A DNA stretch of 63,180 nucleotides, counting the filler, from Reticulomyxa filosa (Eukaryota; Protista; Foraminifera), in the NCBI GenBank assembly GCA_000512085.1. It is 15 parts of 15 records of this genome, joined end to end, with 100 filler letters (N's around TTAATTAATTAA, not from the genome) between each part and the next. Parts side by side here need not be neighbours in the genome. Positions count along the whole stretch, not along the records: positions 61,850 to 63,180 come from ASPP01034162.1; 14 more parts are not named here. One strand, given 5' to 3'. Below are positions 61,874 through 63,180 of this stretch, piece by piece (the stretch's first letter is position 1; the number at the start of each line of letters is the position of its first letter). The translations under genes and the position numbers were made by a program. Under the pieces are notes generated by a model. That model ran no database searches. It saw only the letters and a list, made by a program, of their open reading frames with translations, and was not told the DNA's origin.

Positions 61874-63110
61874 AGATGGAGGAATACAGAGTAGCACAAA
61901 TACAACTCAGTTATCACAACAAAGGGCTTACAAAGGTCCAATAATCCCATATCCACAATTAATCAATAGTCCTACTATACCTCATCAGATTCCAATGCCA
62001 AGGATAATGGCAGAGACAGTCCAGTCGAATACTCTCGCCTGTGGGCCCATTCAAGAGATGAAAAACTCAGAGACTCAAAAAATGTCACTGCCGTGTCAAC
62101 CTTTGAAAATGAGCGTCAGCGAACCGATGCGACTGGCCGCCGTTGCCGATAGTGATGCCTCTTTTTTATATTCCACTGCCTCCAAGACTAATGAAGATGA
62201 AAAAACTCAACAGTTTAGAATGCAACAATCAGAAAAAACTACGGCATTTAATTGCAAAGAGTTTGTTTTTTTTTTTTTTTAAATGCAAAGGTTTTGTGAT
62301 GCCGATAAGAAAAAAATGATTTTTTTCACACAATTGCCGACAATGCCCGAGCACGAATTACAGTTGTGTCTCCATCTTCTCACTGGTATTTCAATGCTGA
62401 AGTTTGAAATTTTTACAGTTAAACAATTTACTTTTTCTTTTTTTTTTGAACACGAGTTTTTTGATTTTTTTTTTTTTAAAATGAACCAGGAAAAAATCGG
62501 GGAATTGATAGCAAATGCATTGTATAACAGCGAATTTGAAGCAATTCAAGCATTCAAGAAACTTCAAAACCAACACATTGGAAATTTTAAAATTGGCGCG
62601 TGTTTGGGGGCCGAGATATTTACAAAAAAAACTCAAAGTTCACAAGCAAAGTTAAAAATCCTTTTTTTTTTTTTTGCAATATATTTCTTTAAACGGCGTT
62701 TGATCGTTTTCCTAACAAAGAAAATCAAGTTTTTGAAATTTATTCATGGTAATAACTAATTGAAAATGAATAGCTACAATGTGTTGTGGAAAGAAACGGA
62801 AACAGTGAAAAACAACAATAATTCGCAATGGCGCATTTTTCAACCTTATGAAAAATGCACTTTGACTGGCCAAGAAAATGCAAAACAAAATTTTCAACAC
62901 CTAACTGAAAATTGTACTTCACAGCAAAGACCAAACATCGAAAAATTAGATTCTGATATAGAACGTTTACAACAGCGTGGCAGACCTACACAAAGAAACG
63001 TTGCAGACGAGCGGTTCGACAGTGGGTCTCGGTCTCGTTCTCGTTCTCGAGTCCGTTCTCATTCTCGTAATGCGTACTTGCCACCCACGCTATTTTGTCG
63101 CAATGAATGA
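61874..63110 (+). CDS. 3' part of a protein with a degenerate RRM-like region and short RS tail
   Basis: MIFFTQLP (RNP2-like), ANALYNSEFEAIQAFKKLQNQHIG.FKI (RRM helix 2/beta4-like), SRSRSRSRVRSHSR; three GT-AG introns. Confidence 0.5.
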
Positions 63111-63180
63111 CAAAAGAGTTAGTTCCATTGCGCAACAAATGGGGTGTTTTTTTTTCTTTTTTAATCAGCGCAATTGCTCT

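Overview
This is not one chromosomal locus. It is 15 short, unlinked contig pieces joined by 14 artificial 100-nt spacers (44 N + TTAATTAATTAA + 44 N), so neighbourhood across a spacer means nothing. The DNA is very AT-rich and eukaryotic, with short GT-AG introns, poly-Asn tracts and many decayed gene copies. The gene families (42-aa TPR proteins, caspase-like proteins, CDPK) suggest a rhizarian/foraminiferan such as Reticulomyxa (inference, not searched). Recognisable genes, assembled by hand across introns: Sec14/CRAL-TRIO protein, divergent histone H3, prolyl-tRNA synthetase 3' end, CDPK, ZnF-UBP protein, nitrilase-family amidase, kinase fragment, PHTF-like membrane protein, Furry/Tao3 fragment, TPR protein, two PX-domain proteins, caspase-like protein, THOC1 pseudogene, DJ-1/PfpI-like protein, OST3/6, ArfGAP-DENN-IQ protein, vWA protein and a 4-repeat lectin-like protein. 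The most interesting observations are: (1) an H3 variant that keeps every tail lysine but has lost T3/T6/S10/T11/S28/T32 and K79; (2) an apparent PX-LAMTOR1 (Ragulator scaffold) fusion; (3) an ArfGAP-DENN-IQ-DUF3490 fusion; (4) a decayed NB-ARC/STAND NTPase with a C-terminal SH2 domain that the ORF track misses; (5) a PHTF/7TM-ion-channel-like protein; (6) introns with a U-rich 5' part and a poly-A 3' end instead of a polypyrimidine tract. All domain calls come from motif recognition by eye; no searches were run.
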